Origin: Elusimicrobiota bacterium
GTDB taxonomy: Bacteria; Elusimicrobiota; Elusimicrobia; Elusimicrobiales; UBA9959
NCBI GenBank assembly: GCA_027340875.1
Contig: DAIENX010000099.1
Location: forward strand, 1-22,694
Length of the DNA: 22,694 bases
Reading direction: 5' to 3'
The notes below the pieces were generated by a model. That model made no database searches and was not told the origin of the DNA. It saw nothing but the letters and a program-made list of their open reading frames with translations. The stretch's first letter is position 1. Each line of letters begins with the position of its first letter. A program made the position numbers and the translations under genes. Of this stretch, positions 1 to 10,000 are shown piece by piece.

Positions 1-2
1 TG

Positions 3-1712
3 GGCGCGCAGGACTTTTCGGCTTATGCGGTGGACCAGGTGCTGGATTACGCGCTGGACCTTTCAAATTTCCACGAAACCAGCCACGGCAAATATGTGGC
101 CCCGGTGCTTATCTCCACGCAGGCCCAGCCCCAGCCGGTGGTCGTGGGCTGCTCCGCCAACAACCCCAAGCTCTTCACGCCCATCAAATGCGCCGCCTCG
201 CAGATCAACCAGGTGATTGCCGCGGCGCTCTCCTTCGCCGACGGACCCAGCATAGCCGCCGAAACCTGGGAGGGCGGGCGCTACTCGCCCACGCCCACCA
301 TTGTAGAAGCCGCCATGGCTTTATACCGCGGGCATAAAGTGGCGGAGATCAGCCGCAGCGACGCCGGCGCCATAAACCTGGAGCAGACCTCCACCAGCGT
401 GGCGCAGGTAATAGCCGCCGCCCGCGCGGGCAGGCGCAAGGCCATCTGCTTTGTAACGGGCGTGCCCGGCGCCGGAAAAACCCTGGTGGGCCTTAATATC
501 GCCACCACCCACATCAACAAGGACGACGAGCTCTACAGCGTCTTCCTTTCCGGCAACGGCCCGCTGGTGGCGGTGCTGCGCGAGGCCCTCGCCCGGGACA
601 AGGTTCTGCATGAAAAGGCCAAGGGCAAGAAGGTAAGGAAAGGAGCCGTGCTCAGCGATGTTAAGATGTTCGTGCAGAACGTGCATAATTTCCGGGACGA
701 CTGCCTTATAGACGGCGGGCCGCCCAAAGAGCACGTGGCGCTTTTCGACGAGGCGCAGCGGGCCTGGGATCTGCGGCAGACGGCTAACTTCATGAAGCGC
801 AAGAAGAAGCGCCCCGACTTCAACCAGTCCGAGCCGGAGTTCCTGATCTCCTGCCTGGACCGGCACCCGGACTGGGCGGTGATTGTGTGCCTGGTGGGCG
901 GCGGCCAGGAGATAAACACCGGCGAGGCCGGCATAAGCGAGTGGATAGATTCGCTCGTGCGCAAGTTCCCCGGCTGGGACGTCTACATTTCGCCGCGCCT
1001 CACCGACACCGAGTACGGCGCCGGCCGGGTTATAGCCGGTTTAAAGGGTACGCCGCTGAAGGTGGAATACAAGGACGAGCTGCACCTGGCCGTTTCGCTG
1101 CGCTCTTTCCGCGCCGAGCGCGTGTCCGAGCTGGTTAAGAAGGTGCTGGACCTGGAGGCCGGGGCCGCCGGGGAGACGCTTAAGGCCATTGGCGCCAACT
1201 ACCCCATTGTGCTCACGCGCGACCTGCGCAAGGCCAAGGCCTGGCTGAAGGCCCGCGCGCAGGGCACCGAGCGCTACGGCATTGTAGTGTCTTCTCAGGC
1301 TGAACGCCTGAAACCTCATGCCATTGATGTGCGGCCGCAGATCAACCCGATTCATTGGTTTTTGGCCGGCAAAGAGGATGTGCGTTCCTCCTACTATCTA
1401 GAGGACGTGGCCACTGAGTTCCAGGTGCAAGGATTGGAACTTGATTGGGCCTGCGTCACCTGGGACGCTGATTTTCGGCATTCCCGCTCCGGCTGGCAAA
1501 ACTGGATGTTCCACGGTGCTAAGTGGAAGCGCATCCGCAACGAAGCCCTCCAGAAATACCAGAAGAATGCTTACCGCGTGCTCCTCACCCGCGCCCGCCA
1601 AGGCATGGTGATAGTTGTGCCGGAGGGGGATGCGGAGGACCACACCCGGCCCCCGGAGTATTATAATTCAACTTACGACTATCTGAAGCGGATTGGTTTC
1701 CCGGAGCTATAA
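3..1712 (+). CDS. DUF2075 / Schlafen group 3-like SF1 helicase-ATPase, 5' truncated by window edge
   Basis: Frame is open from position 3. Walker A GVPGAGKT, Walker B LFDEAQR, and C-terminal motifs QGLELD and [13 protein letters not shown] typical of DUF2075. Confidence 0.85.
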   Translation, partial: GAQDFSAYAVDQVLDYALDLSNFHETSHGKYVAPVLISTQAQPQPVVVGCSANNPKLFTPIKCAASQINQVIAAALSFADGPSIAAETWEGGRYSPTPTIVEAAMALYRGHKVAEISRSDAGAINLEQTSTSVAQVIAAARAGRRKAICFVTGVPGAGKTLVGLNIATTHINKDDELYSVFLSGNGPLVAVLREALARDKVLHEKAKGKKVRKGAVLSDVKMFVQNVHNFRDDCLIDGGPPKEHVALFDEAQRAWDLRQTANFMKRKKKRPDFNQSEPEFLISCLDRHPDWAVIVCLVGGGQEINTGEAGISEWIDSLVRKFPGWDVYISPRLTDTEYGAGRVIAGLKGTPLKVEYKDELHLAVSLRSFRAERVSELVKKVLDLEAGAAGETLKAIGANYPIVLTRDLRKAKAWLKARAQGTERYGIVVSSQAERLKPHAIDVRPQINPIHWFLAGKEDVRSSYYLEDVATEFQVQGLELDWACVTWDADFRHSRSGWQNWMFHGAKWKRIRNEALQKYQKNAYRVLLTRARQGMVIVVPEGDAEDHTRPPEYYNSTYDYLKRIGFPEL

Positions 1713-1715
1713 TCC

Positions 1716-2438
1716 ATGTCCCGAAGAAATGTAAACATATTGGATATACTCGTCAGACTCCCTTGGTGGGTTGGGATTTCTGGGGCAGTTGTTTTCTTTA
1801 TCAGCAGCTACGCAATTAAGCATACCCAGATCACCATGTTTCATCTGGAAAATGCCTTTTCGCCACTTCTAAAATTACTGGCCTTCGTTTTCGCTTTGGG
1901 CGGAATATTCTCTTTCATTTTCTCTCTTCTGAAGGGAAATCTATTCTCCAAGGCCAAGAGCATATCGGATATTAAGGACATGACGTGGCAGAATTTTGAG
2001 TTCCTGGTCGGGGAATACTATAAACGCAAAGGATATTCAGTTTTCGAGATGGGGGGTAACTCCCCTGACGGCGGGATAGACCTTCTCGCCAAGAAGAACG
2101 GCGAAAAGCTTATAGTCCAGTGCAAGCACTGGAAGGCGTTCAAGATAGACGTTAAAGTTATCCGCGAGCTCTACGGGGTTATGGTGGATGCGACGGCAAG
2201 CGGCGCTGTTCTCATAACTTCGGGAGGATTCACGCAGCCGGCGGTGGATTTTGCCCAGGATAAGCCTATCGAGCTGATCGACGGTCCAAAGCTTGCCAAG
2301 CTGATAGATGAAGTAAAAGCGCCAGCACCGAAGTCTGTAAGTCCCGCGAAAAGCCGGGCGGTCCTTATCCCTACGGAGCCGCCGCCTCTTACAAAAGAAG
2401 AGACCGACAGCAAGTGGGGACCTGGGGGCAGGTCTTGA
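1716..2438 (+). CDS. Mrr-like restriction endonuclease (Mrr_cat) with two N-terminal transmembrane segments
   Basis: Hydrophobic N-terminus (LPWWVGISGAVVFF; LLAFVFALGGIFSFIF), then WQNFEFLVGEYY..GY..PDGGIDL..VQCK..ITSGGFT..A..ELIDG, the Mrr-type PD-QxK fold. Visibly lower GC than flanks. Confidence 0.85.
   Translation: MSRRNVNILDILVRLPWWVGISGAVVFFISSYAIKHTQITMFHLENAFSPLLKLLAFVFALGGIFSFIFSLLKGNLFSKAKSISDIKDMTWQNFEFLVGEYYKRKGYSVFEMGGNSPDGGIDLLAKKNGEKLIVQCKHWKAFKIDVKVIRELYGVMVDATASGAVLITSGGFTQPAVDFAQDKPIELIDGPKLAKLIDEVKAPAPKSVSPAKSRAVLIPTEPPPLTKEETDSKWGPGGRS
2424..2437 (+). repeat. GGGG(G/T)CAGGTCTTG motif, copy 1
   Basis: GGGGGCAGGTCTTG, 13/14 identical to 10174-10187. Overlaps the Mrr stop codon and abuts direct repeat copy 1. 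Confidence 0.5.
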
Positions 2439-2459
2439 TTTTTGACATTCAGGGGTAAA

Positions 2460-2840
2460 ATGACAGAATCCGAAACGCTCGTCCGGGAGTTCTGGCGGCT
2501 GATGGAGACGAACGATTTTGGTTCGGCGGCCACGCTGCTGGCGCCGGACTTTACGCTGGACTGGCCTCAGTCGGGCGAGCGCATACGCGGCCCGAAGAAT
2601 TTTGCCGCTGTTAACTCCGAATATCCGGCGCATGGGCCGTGGAAGTTCAGGATCAACTCACTGGTGGCCGGCCCGGACAGCGCTGCTACCGACGTTGACG
2701 TTACTGACGGCACCGTGCGCGCGCGGGCGATCACGTTCTTCGCCGTAGAGAATGGCAAGATCGCCAGGATCACCGAATTCTGGCCCGACCCCTTCCCTGC
2801 CGCAGAGAACCGGAAGCACCTGGCAGAGCGGATAAAATAG
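2460..2840 (+). CDS. SnoaL-like / NTF2-family protein, copy 1 (126 aa)
   Basis: VREFWRLM..NDF..LLAPDF..WPQSGERIRG..ITFF..GKIARITEFWPDP pattern of the NTF2-like fold. ATG 2460 follows AGGGG. Confidence 0.85.
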   Translation: MTESETLVREFWRLMETNDFGSAATLLAPDFTLDWPQSGERIRGPKNFAAVNSEYPAHGPWKFRINSLVAGPDSAATDVDVTDGTVRARAITFFAVENGKIARITEFWPDPFPAAENRKHLAERIK

Positions 2841-2893
2841 CCGGCCTTTCACCTGAACCAGGTACTGAAGTAATCCCCGATATTCCTTCCTCC

Positions 2894-2930
2894 AAGCCGA
2901 CAATCCCTTGTCGGCTTCGCCTGCTATGCT
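2894..2930 (+). promoter_or_regulatory. Palindromic WYL/PafBC-like promoter element upstream of KilA-N gene
   Basis: Perfect IR AAGCCGACAA-tccc-TTGTCGGCTT (2894-2917). TGTCGG 2909-2914, 10-bp spacer, -10 TATGCT 2925-2930. Confidence 0.75.
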
Positions 2931-2953
2931 ATTTGTGTCGACATGGGGGAATT

Positions 2954-3883
2954 ATGAGCAAGAAAAGCATTATCGTCCAAGGGCGGGAGGTTCTGTTCTT
3001 CACGATCAAGGACGAGGATTATATATCCCTTACGGACATAGCGCGCTATAAAAATCCGGATGAGCCCAAAGACCTTATCAAGAACTGGCTGCGCTCAAAA
3101 AGCACCATAGAATTCTTGGGGCTATGGGAAAAACTGCATAACCCCGGGTTTAAAGGGGTCGAATTCGACCCCTTTATGTATCAGGCAGGGAGCAATTCTT
3201 TTGTGCTTTCCCCGTCAAAATGGATCGAGACCACCGGCGCTATCGGGCTCGTTTCAAGGTCCGGCCGGATGGGGGGCACGTTCGCCCATCATGACATAGC
3301 ATTCGAATTCGCGGCCTGGGTCAGTCCTGAGTTCAAACTGTATCTTCTAAAAGAATTCCAGCGCTTAAAAAAGGAAGAGGCTACGCAATTAAAATCGGGC
3401 TGGAACCTTCAGCGAGAGTTGGCCAAGGTTAATTACCGCATCCATACGGACGCCATAAAAGACAGCCTGATCCCGCCGGAGCTCACTAAAACGCAGATGG
3501 ACGCGGTTTACGCCAACGAAGCGGACATTCTTAACGTGGCCCTGTTCGGGAAGACCGCGGCAGAGTGGCGGCAGCAGAATCCTGGCTTGCGCGGCAATAT
3601 CCGCGACTACGCCACTATTGAACAACTCGTGGTACTGTCTAATCTGGAGAGCGTCAATGCGGTGTTCATCCGCCAGGGAATGCCGCAAGCCCAGAGGATG
3701 CGGCAGTTGAACAAGACTGCCATAAGCCAGATGCGTTCTTTAGCTGATGCGGGAGGCATTAAAAGACTGGATTCCAAGGAGCCGGCCGCGAAGTATACTG
3801 TGCTGACTGGAGATAAAAAAGGAGGGAAATTGGTCAGCAGATTGTTGACCAATTACCGAAGAAGGGATGAACACATTACTTGA
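2954..3883 (+). CDS. KilA-N domain DNA-binding protein (309 aa)
   Basis: DYISLTDIA..IKNWLR..TIEFLGLWE..SGRMGGTFAHHDIAFEFAAWVSPEFKLYL, with the C-terminal WNLQRELAKVNYRIHTDAIK region usual in bacterial KilA-N proteins. SD GGGGGA before ATG 2954. Confidence 0.9.
   Translation: MSKKSIIVQGREVLFFTIKDEDYISLTDIARYKNPDEPKDLIKNWLRSKSTIEFLGLWEKLHNPGFKGVEFDPFMYQAGSNSFVLSPSKWIETTGAIGLVSRSGRMGGTFAHHDIAFEFAAWVSPEFKLYLLKEFQRLKKEEATQLKSGWNLQRELAKVNYRIHTDAIKDSLIPPELTKTQMDAVYANEADILNVALFGKTAAEWRQQNPGLRGNIRDYATIEQLVVLSNLESVNAVFIRQGMPQAQRMRQLNKTAISQMRSLADAGGIKRLDSKEPAAKYTVLTGDKKGGKLVSRLLTNYRRRDEHIT
3151..3176. repeat. 26-bp perfect intragenic palindrome
   Basis: TAAAGGGGTCGAA/TTCGACCCCTTTA, encoding KGVEFDPF. 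Confidence 0.9.
3828..3854. repeat. Imperfect inverted repeat near the KilA-N 3' end
   Basis: AATTGGTCAGCA-gat-TGTTGACCAATT; 11/12 pairs with one G-T. Confidence 0.75.
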
Positions 3884-3947
3884 GTATTTATATCGCGACG
3901 CCTCTAATTACAAGCAGCGTGGACACGTGGTGATGGAGGGTGCCTAG
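3867..3947 (+). pseudogene. Probable N-terminal remnant of a YLYRDASNYK-motif hypothetical protein
   Basis: 26-codon ORF MNTLLEYLYRDASNYKQRGHVVMEGA* after a purine-rich SD-like GAAGAAGGG. The motif is recalled from longer uncharacterised proteins; the ORF overlaps the KilA-N end. Confidence 0.5.
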
Positions 3948-4089
3948 GCGGAAATTTGGGTTAAGATGTCCGTGCCTGGCCGGCGACGGCGCCATGATCG
4001 TGCCGGGCGACAAGGTCACCGTCGGCGGGCCTGGGACCGGCGGCAGACGGCCGGCTCCTCACAGGATACCGGAAAACAGCGCGCATATT

Positions 4090-4098
4090 TGATACTAT
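4090..4098 (+). promoter_or_regulatory. Putative extended -10 promoter for the secreted-protein operon
   Basis: TG-a-TACTAT in the intergenic region, 65 bp upstream of ATG 4164. Confidence 0.4.
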
Positions 4099-4163
4099 AG
4101 CGGGGGGAGACTGTTTAAACTATAAACGCACGCGCGTTTTATGATGTGGGAGGGGTTGGGAAA

Positions 4164-5765
4164 ATGACCAAACTTGCATGCGCGGTGTTCATCGCCGCGC
4201 TGGTTTGCGCCGGGGCGCAGGCCGCGGATAAGGGCGTTGCCGGTCCTTTATTCGGAGTGAATACCGTCCTCTCCGGAGAGAACAGGTTCTCCGTCTACAA
4301 TAACCGCGTTTCCGGTCCGGGCTCCGGCAATTCGTTCCTGGCCCGCGGCACCCGTTACCAGGATAACCTTTCGCTGAACCTGGATTCGGAGCGTGAAGCC
4401 GCCGAGGGGTGGTCGCTGGCGCTAGACCTGCTGGTAACGGACGACGACAGCGTGGATCACAAAAAAGTGGTAGCGCGGCGCGTCTCTTACGACCGGCGGA
4501 GCCCCGGCCGGCAGGTGACCGCCGGGGACCTGTACGGCAACTTCACGCAGTACAGTCTCAATCAGAGCGTGAAAGGCCTGCGTTGGGTGGAGCGGCAAGG
4601 CGCCGCCGTGGAGGTCTCCGCGGTGGCCGGCCTGGTAAAGAACCGCTGGGATGAACTTTTTGAAAAAGGCAGTTATGAGGTGCTTAACCGCGAAGTGGAG
4701 GGCGTGCGCGCGCGCTGGACCGGGCCCATGGCCTCCGAGATAGGCGCGCAGGCAGTGCTTACTCAGGACCAGCGGGTGCCCGGCGCCACTGCGGACGCCT
4801 ATAGGCAGAGGCTTTTCGGCTTCAACTGGGCGCTGCCTTCCAACTCCGATCTTTCGGTGAGCGGGGAAAGCGCCTGGTCGGGAGTGGGGATAGACAAACA
4901 CAACGCCGCTGATTCCTCCAGGAGCGACAGCGCGCACCGGGTGTCGGTGCGGCTGAAGGCCGGCCCCTGGAGTTCCTCCAATGAATACGAGAACGTGGGC
5001 CCCGGCTTTACCACCACGGTGGGCGCGGCCGCGCCCGACCTGCGCAGGTGGCTGACCAGGAACCGGGTGCGGGTGGCCCCCGGGATGGACGCGCTGGTCA
5101 ACCTGTCCGGCTACCGCAACAACCTCGACGGCGCCCAGCCGGACACGGTGCGCGCGCTGTCGCCGGAAGCCGGGCTGCGCTGGAGCGCCGCTTTCAACCG
5201 GCCTACGCTGGACCTGGAGGCCAGGGTGCGGCAGCGCAGGGCCGTTCACAGTTCGGCGACAGCCGAGCAGCGGGAACTGAGCGGGATACTGTCGCTCTCC
5301 GACCGCTGGGGGCCGCTCAGCGGAACGTTCGATTATGAGCACCGCAACGAGGAGCGGGTGGGCCAGCAGAAGAACAGCCGCGATCTTTTCGGCTTCGGCC
5401 TTTCCGGCTTCTACCGCCTGCGGGACGTCATACTGCGGCCTTCGGTGAAATGGAACCTCGAGCGCGACCGCGACCGGACGGCGTCTGTCTACAATGCGAC
5501 CGCGCAGTCGTACCTGGGCCTGTCCGCCGAGAATCTGGCGCCGGGGGTGTCCGCCTCTTTCAGCTACCGCCGCTCCTCGGCGCTGCAGGCCGGGGCCGAC
5601 GATGTGATGCGCGGCGTCCTGGACCTGCGCTGCAATTACAAGGTGCCCTGGCGGGAAGGCGACAGCCTGGAAGCCGGCTACAGGAGCGGCGTGAACGATT
5701 TTTCCACGAGTTCCAAGAATTACCGTGAGCGGGTCTGGGAGGCAGCGTATGTCGCGAAACTTTAG
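4164..5765 (+). CDS. Exported protein, probable outer-membrane beta-barrel (533 aa)
   Basis: Signal peptide MTKLACAVFIAALVCAGAQA. Many amphipathic alternating beta strands with aromatic ends (LSLNLD, LSVSGESAWS, LSGTFDYEHR, VSASFSYRR); C-terminal strand WEAAYVAKL. Confidence 0.7.
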   Translation: MTKLACAVFIAALVCAGAQAADKGVAGPLFGVNTVLSGENRFSVYNNRVSGPGSGNSFLARGTRYQDNLSLNLDSEREAAEGWSLALDLLVTDDDSVDHKKVVARRVSYDRRSPGRQVTAGDLYGNFTQYSLNQSVKGLRWVERQGAAVEVSAVAGLVKNRWDELFEKGSYEVLNREVEGVRARWTGPMASEIGAQAVLTQDQRVPGATADAYRQRLFGFNWALPSNSDLSVSGESAWSGVGIDKHNAADSSRSDSAHRVSVRLKAGPWSSSNEYENVGPGFTTTVGAAAPDLRRWLTRNRVRVAPGMDALVNLSGYRNNLDGAQPDTVRALSPEAGLRWSAAFNRPTLDLEARVRQRRAVHSSATAEQRELSGILSLSDRWGPLSGTFDYEHRNEERVGQQKNSRDLFGFGLSGFYRLRDVILRPSVKWNLERDRDRTASVYNATAQSYLGLSAENLAPGVSASFSYRRSSALQAGADDVMRGVLDLRCNYKVPWREGDSLEAGYRSGVNDFSTSSKNYRERVWEAAYVAKL

Positions 5766-7011
5766 AGCGGTGAACCTCGTCTGCGCCCTGGCGCTGGCGG
5801 CGGCGCTGTTCCCGGCCGGCGCCGGCGCGGGCTGGTGGATATTCGGCAAAGCGAGCGGCCGGCCGGAGATAACGAAAACCTTCGTGGGCGGCGTGGACCT
5901 TTCCGGAACGGACGGGAAGGTAGCGCTGTTCAGGGAAAACCTGCAGGACGGCAAGCTGCCGTTAAAGGCCTTTTTCAGGACGGCGAAGAACACCCCCGTG
6001 GCGCAGGCCCGCGTAAGTATCGATGGCGGAGAGACCTGGCTGGAGAAGGTGGAGCTAGACAGGGACAGCCTGCTGCTCTCTTTCGCGCCGCAGGAAGGGA
6101 AGACCTACGCGCTCAAAATGATCATCACGGACACAAAAGGCCAGGAGAACGATCCCGCCGACGTCCCTAAAGTGACGTTCACCTACAATGCCGCCTCGGC
6201 CGAAAGCCTGGCCGCGCGCGACCTGGCGGCGCTGGCGAAATTCTACGCCGCAAGGGACCTCCGCGGTTTCACGTCGATGCTGGCCGCGGACTACCGCGGG
6301 GACCGCAGCAGCCTGGAGGATGCCGTGGCCGGGGATTTCAGGGCTTACCGCCAGATCGACCTGGAAGTCATCCCGCAGCGCGCGCTCGTCGCCGGCCCGG
6401 AGGCCAGGGTCCGGTTCCGCTACAATATGTCGGCGGTGAAGGCCGCCGACGGCTCGGTGCAGAAAGTGTCGGGCGAGACCGAGTGCACGCTGAAGTCCGA
6501 GGGAGGGGTCTTTAAACTGTTGTGGCTGCAGTCCCCGCCTATCTTCGGCTCCACGGCGCGTTCCGACGAAAACCCCTCGCCCGGAGGCGTTCCGGTGGAC
6601 AGCGGCGGCGCGGACACCCTTTCCGCCGCGCTTTTGCCGGGCGTGATCACCGGCAACGCCAGCGTCGCCTACGCCACCGCCGGCTTCAAGTTCAGCACGC
6701 AGACCAACCCCGCCCCGGCGCCGGGCGCGGTGGACGTGGGCGTGGGCCCGGGGGCCGGCTACCTGCTGGCCTACAGCGCCGGCTCGTACGGCTATATCGC
6801 GTACCTGGGGAACGTGGACCTTTCGACCATCGGCACCATATCCGGCATGGGCACGGCCACCGAGGCCCCGGCCTCGAACGGGGGCGCCTACGCCATCCTC
6901 ACCGAGGCCGGAAAATACGCCGTCATACAGGTGACCTCCATAAACGCCGGCGCCGCCACGGTCTCGTTCAAGTACATGTACCAGCCCGACGGCTCGCCCA
7001 GGTTCAGGTGA
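5749..7011 (+). CDS. Exported multidomain protein (420 aa): beta-sandwich, NTF2-like and C-terminal beta domain
   Basis: Signal peptide ending FPAGAGA. VSIDGGETW Ig-like segment, NTF2-like LAKFYAARDLRGFTSMLAADY..VRFRY..TLKSEGGVFKL, C-terminal YAILTEAGKYAVIQVT..FKYMYQPDGS. Overlaps upstream gene by 17 bp. Confidence 0.7.
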   Translation: MSRNFRAVNLVCALALAAALFPAGAGAGWWIFGKASGRPEITKTFVGGVDLSGTDGKVALFRENLQDGKLPLKAFFRTAKNTPVAQARVSIDGGETWLEKVELDRDSLLLSFAPQEGKTYALKMIITDTKGQENDPADVPKVTFTYNAASAESLAARDLAALAKFYAARDLRGFTSMLAADYRGDRSSLEDAVAGDFRAYRQIDLEVIPQRALVAGPEARVRFRYNMSAVKAADGSVQKVSGETECTLKSEGGVFKLLWLQSPPIFGSTARSDENPSPGGVPVDSGGADTLSAALLPGVITGNASVAYATAGFKFSTQTNPAPAPGAVDVGVGPGAGYLLAYSAGSYGYIAYLGNVDLSTIGTISGMGTATEAPASNGGAYAILTEAGKYAVIQVTSINAGAATVSFKYMYQPDGSPRFR

Positions 7012-7018
7012 CGGCGCC

Positions 7019-10000
7019 ATGAGGACCTTCTTTTCGCTGGCGGTGAGCTTAAGCCTGGCCGCGCCCGTCTTCGCCGGTCCCGAAGGGGGCAAGTCGGAAG
7101 AAGCGGCCAGGAACGAGCTGCTGGAATTCTATAAAGCGGCCCAGGACAATGTGCTGGCGGCGCAGAAGACCGCCGAAGACGGCATGAAGAAAGCCGAGGA
7201 ATGGACGCAGGCCTACAGCGACTACGCGCCGCAATTCGACGGCATGGTGCAGAAACTCGGCGACGCAGTGCTGCGCAACCGCCAGACCGCGCAGGACAAA
7301 CTGGAGGTGATAAATTTCCTGCAGCGGCTGGAAGGTTCCAAGGTGTACGCGGTCTCGCAGTACCGGCTGAACGAAAAGATAAACCGGATGGACAACTACG
7401 CCGAGATCATCGGCGAACTGCAGCGGGTGAAGCAGGAACTCGACGGCCGCTACTCCAAAGCCGTCGCCTGGGCCGGGCGCATGGCCGAGGAGCATAAGGG
7501 GTTGGGGGAGCTGGCGCAGGCCATAGCCGGCAAGGCCGGCCTGCTGCGCCATATGAAGATCTCGATAGAGATAATGGAAAAGTACAAGCCGGTCCCCGAC
7601 GACAAGTTCGACAGCCTGCGGCAGATAGAGACCATGCTAGGCGACGTCACCAAGATAGTGCCGCGGCCCATGAGCGACGTGCTGGACGGTTACGCCAAGA
7701 CGCTGGCCGGGATAACGTCCGCCCTGCGTGCGCTGGATACGCAGATACAGAACAATGCGCGGCAGGGCTTCATGGAGATCACCGGCCCCGAGCAGCGGGC
7801 CTGGCAGGAGCAGTACCCCGGGGAATTCGCCGGCGTCCAGAAGATGAAGGAATTCCCCGAAGTGGAGCCGCAGGGGCTGTGGGTGGGCACGGCGCTGGAC
7901 GGGGAGATCTATGCTTTCGAGGACGGCCGTTTCAGCCGCCTGAGCTGCTCCGCAGGCGCGCTGAGGACCGTCTACGGACATTACACGGAGCTGCTTGAAA
8001 AAGTGCGGGCGCTGGCCGGGGCGCAGGTGAAGATACCTCTCGGCCGCCTGCGGCGCGCCTGCGAAGACCCGGACTTCGTCGCGCGGCTGCAGAACGCCTC
8101 CGGGCTTTACGACAAGGCGCGCGACCCGCAGAACTATCCGGGATCTTTCGCTTCTTTCACCAGCATCCTGTCGGACGCCTTCGGCGCGACCGTGGCCGAC
8201 CGGACGGCGCAGGCGATAAGAAGCGGACCGGCTCATCCCGCGGTGACTCCGCCCGGTCCCGCCGCCCCCGCCGGCGGCGACCCGGCCGCCTACCTGCTCT
8301 GGGCCGACGCCCTGTGGCGGCGCTATGACCAGCTTGCCAGCGAGGCCGACCTAGGCGACAAGTTCGCGGTCATCAAGGCCGACGCGAAAACGGCGTCGCA
8401 GGCCTTCGCCAAGAACTATAATTCCACGCTGGCCTCGAAAGACCCGGCCTACGGCAAAGCGAACAAGCTCCTGTGGCTGCTTTGCTCTCCGGAGCGATGG
8501 GAGACCGGCAACCCCAAAGCCGAGATGAGCGCGCAGAACGCGGCCGCGCTGTTGGGCGTGGACGCGAAAGCGACGCTGCGTCTCGCCGGCCTGGCCAAGG
8601 GGAATTACCGCGGCCAGCTGGAAAATTACGGAAAGGCGCTGGCGGATTATCTGGAGATAAAAAGACAGATCGGGGAAATGACGCTCCAGGGCGCCGCCGG
8701 CATCCCTTATAACCGCTACGACGGGACTTTCTACGTGGCGCCGCGCTCCTTCCCCAAAGTGCCGGAACCCGGCGAGAACCCCCTTGTGGAAAAACTGGCG
8801 CTGCTGCGCGATTTCCTGCAGGGGAAACAGGGCGGCTCTAACTGGACGGAAACGGTTATGGATTCCGGAGGCGCGCGCGGCTACGCGGCCGCTTACGACG
8901 ACAGGACAATGGACATGCTGTTGAGCGGCGAAGAGGGCAAGGCCAAAAAAGCCGCCGAGGCGCTGAAGTGGGAGTCGCCGGCGCCGGGGCTGAAGGCCGC
9001 GCTCCTGCGGGTACGGGCCGCGGCGGACGGCGTGCTGAAATGGGAGACCGCCCAGCGGTTTACGCTCAGCTCCATTTCGCCGCAGGGGCTCATGGACCGC
9101 ATAGACAAAGATATCGCCTGCCTGGACGAACGGGATTCCGCCATACAGAACGGCATCAGGGAGTATAAAGGGCAATTCCCGGCGAGGGTCTCCGGCCTGG
9201 CCGCCGAATGCCGCGCGGCGCTGGCCACGATAACTTCCGCGTCGCTCGCCCTGTGCGCCGACACGCTTAAAGAACTGCGGAAGCGGGACGAGGCCGAAAA
9301 ACGGTTCTATTCCGTATGGGAGGCGCTGAACCCTTCCTTTAAGGCCATGCTGCGCGGGGAGAACTGGGTGTACAGGGTGCCGGCCGGCATACCGATGGGC
9401 AAGTCCTATGAGGCCGTGCTGGAAATGAGCAGCTTCGCGCGGCAGACGGCGCAGCAGACCGTCAGGGCCAGGCTGGCTTACGCCTCGGCGCTGGAAAAGG
9501 ACCGCCGCGCCGCGCGGGAGCTGCCGCTGTTCTTCCTGCCGCAGGCCTCGTCCAATGACCGTGGCATGCTGGACGCTTACAATGCCCTCGTTTCCGACGC
9601 GGAATACCGGTATGGCGATGAAATAGCCGGGGCCGAGCCCTATGAATTCGAAAAGACGGCGCTGCAGGCGGCCCTGCGCGCGCTGCCGCAACTGCCCGGC
9701 CGGCCGGGCGGCGCCCTGCCGGGAACCGGCGGGGGCGCGGGACCAGGCGGTACTCCGTCCGCCGACGAAGAAATTAAGCGGTTCTATGACAGGTTCGCGA
9801 AGGCCTACGAGTCGGCCGACCTGGCCGGCGTCCTTGGCGCCGTTTCGGACCGGTGGCGTTCCAATACCGGCCAGACCATTGCCGGCCTCGACGGCAGGCT
9901 CGGCAGCGTCTTCTCGACTTATAAGAACCTGCGCTGTACGATCTCGCGCCTGACCACGGCCCCGGCGGCCGGCGGGAAGCAGGCCTGGGAGGTCTCTTAT

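Larger units (their letters stand above)
2442..2934 (+). repeat. 493-bp direct repeat, copy 1 (SnoaL-like gene plus downstream promoter)
   Basis: Ungapped alignment with 10239-10731 (offset 7797 bp). Confidence 0.95.

Noticed and set aside
3994..4035. DKVTVGG resembling HKVTIGG in the last ORF
   Set aside because: Match too short to support a remnant paralog.
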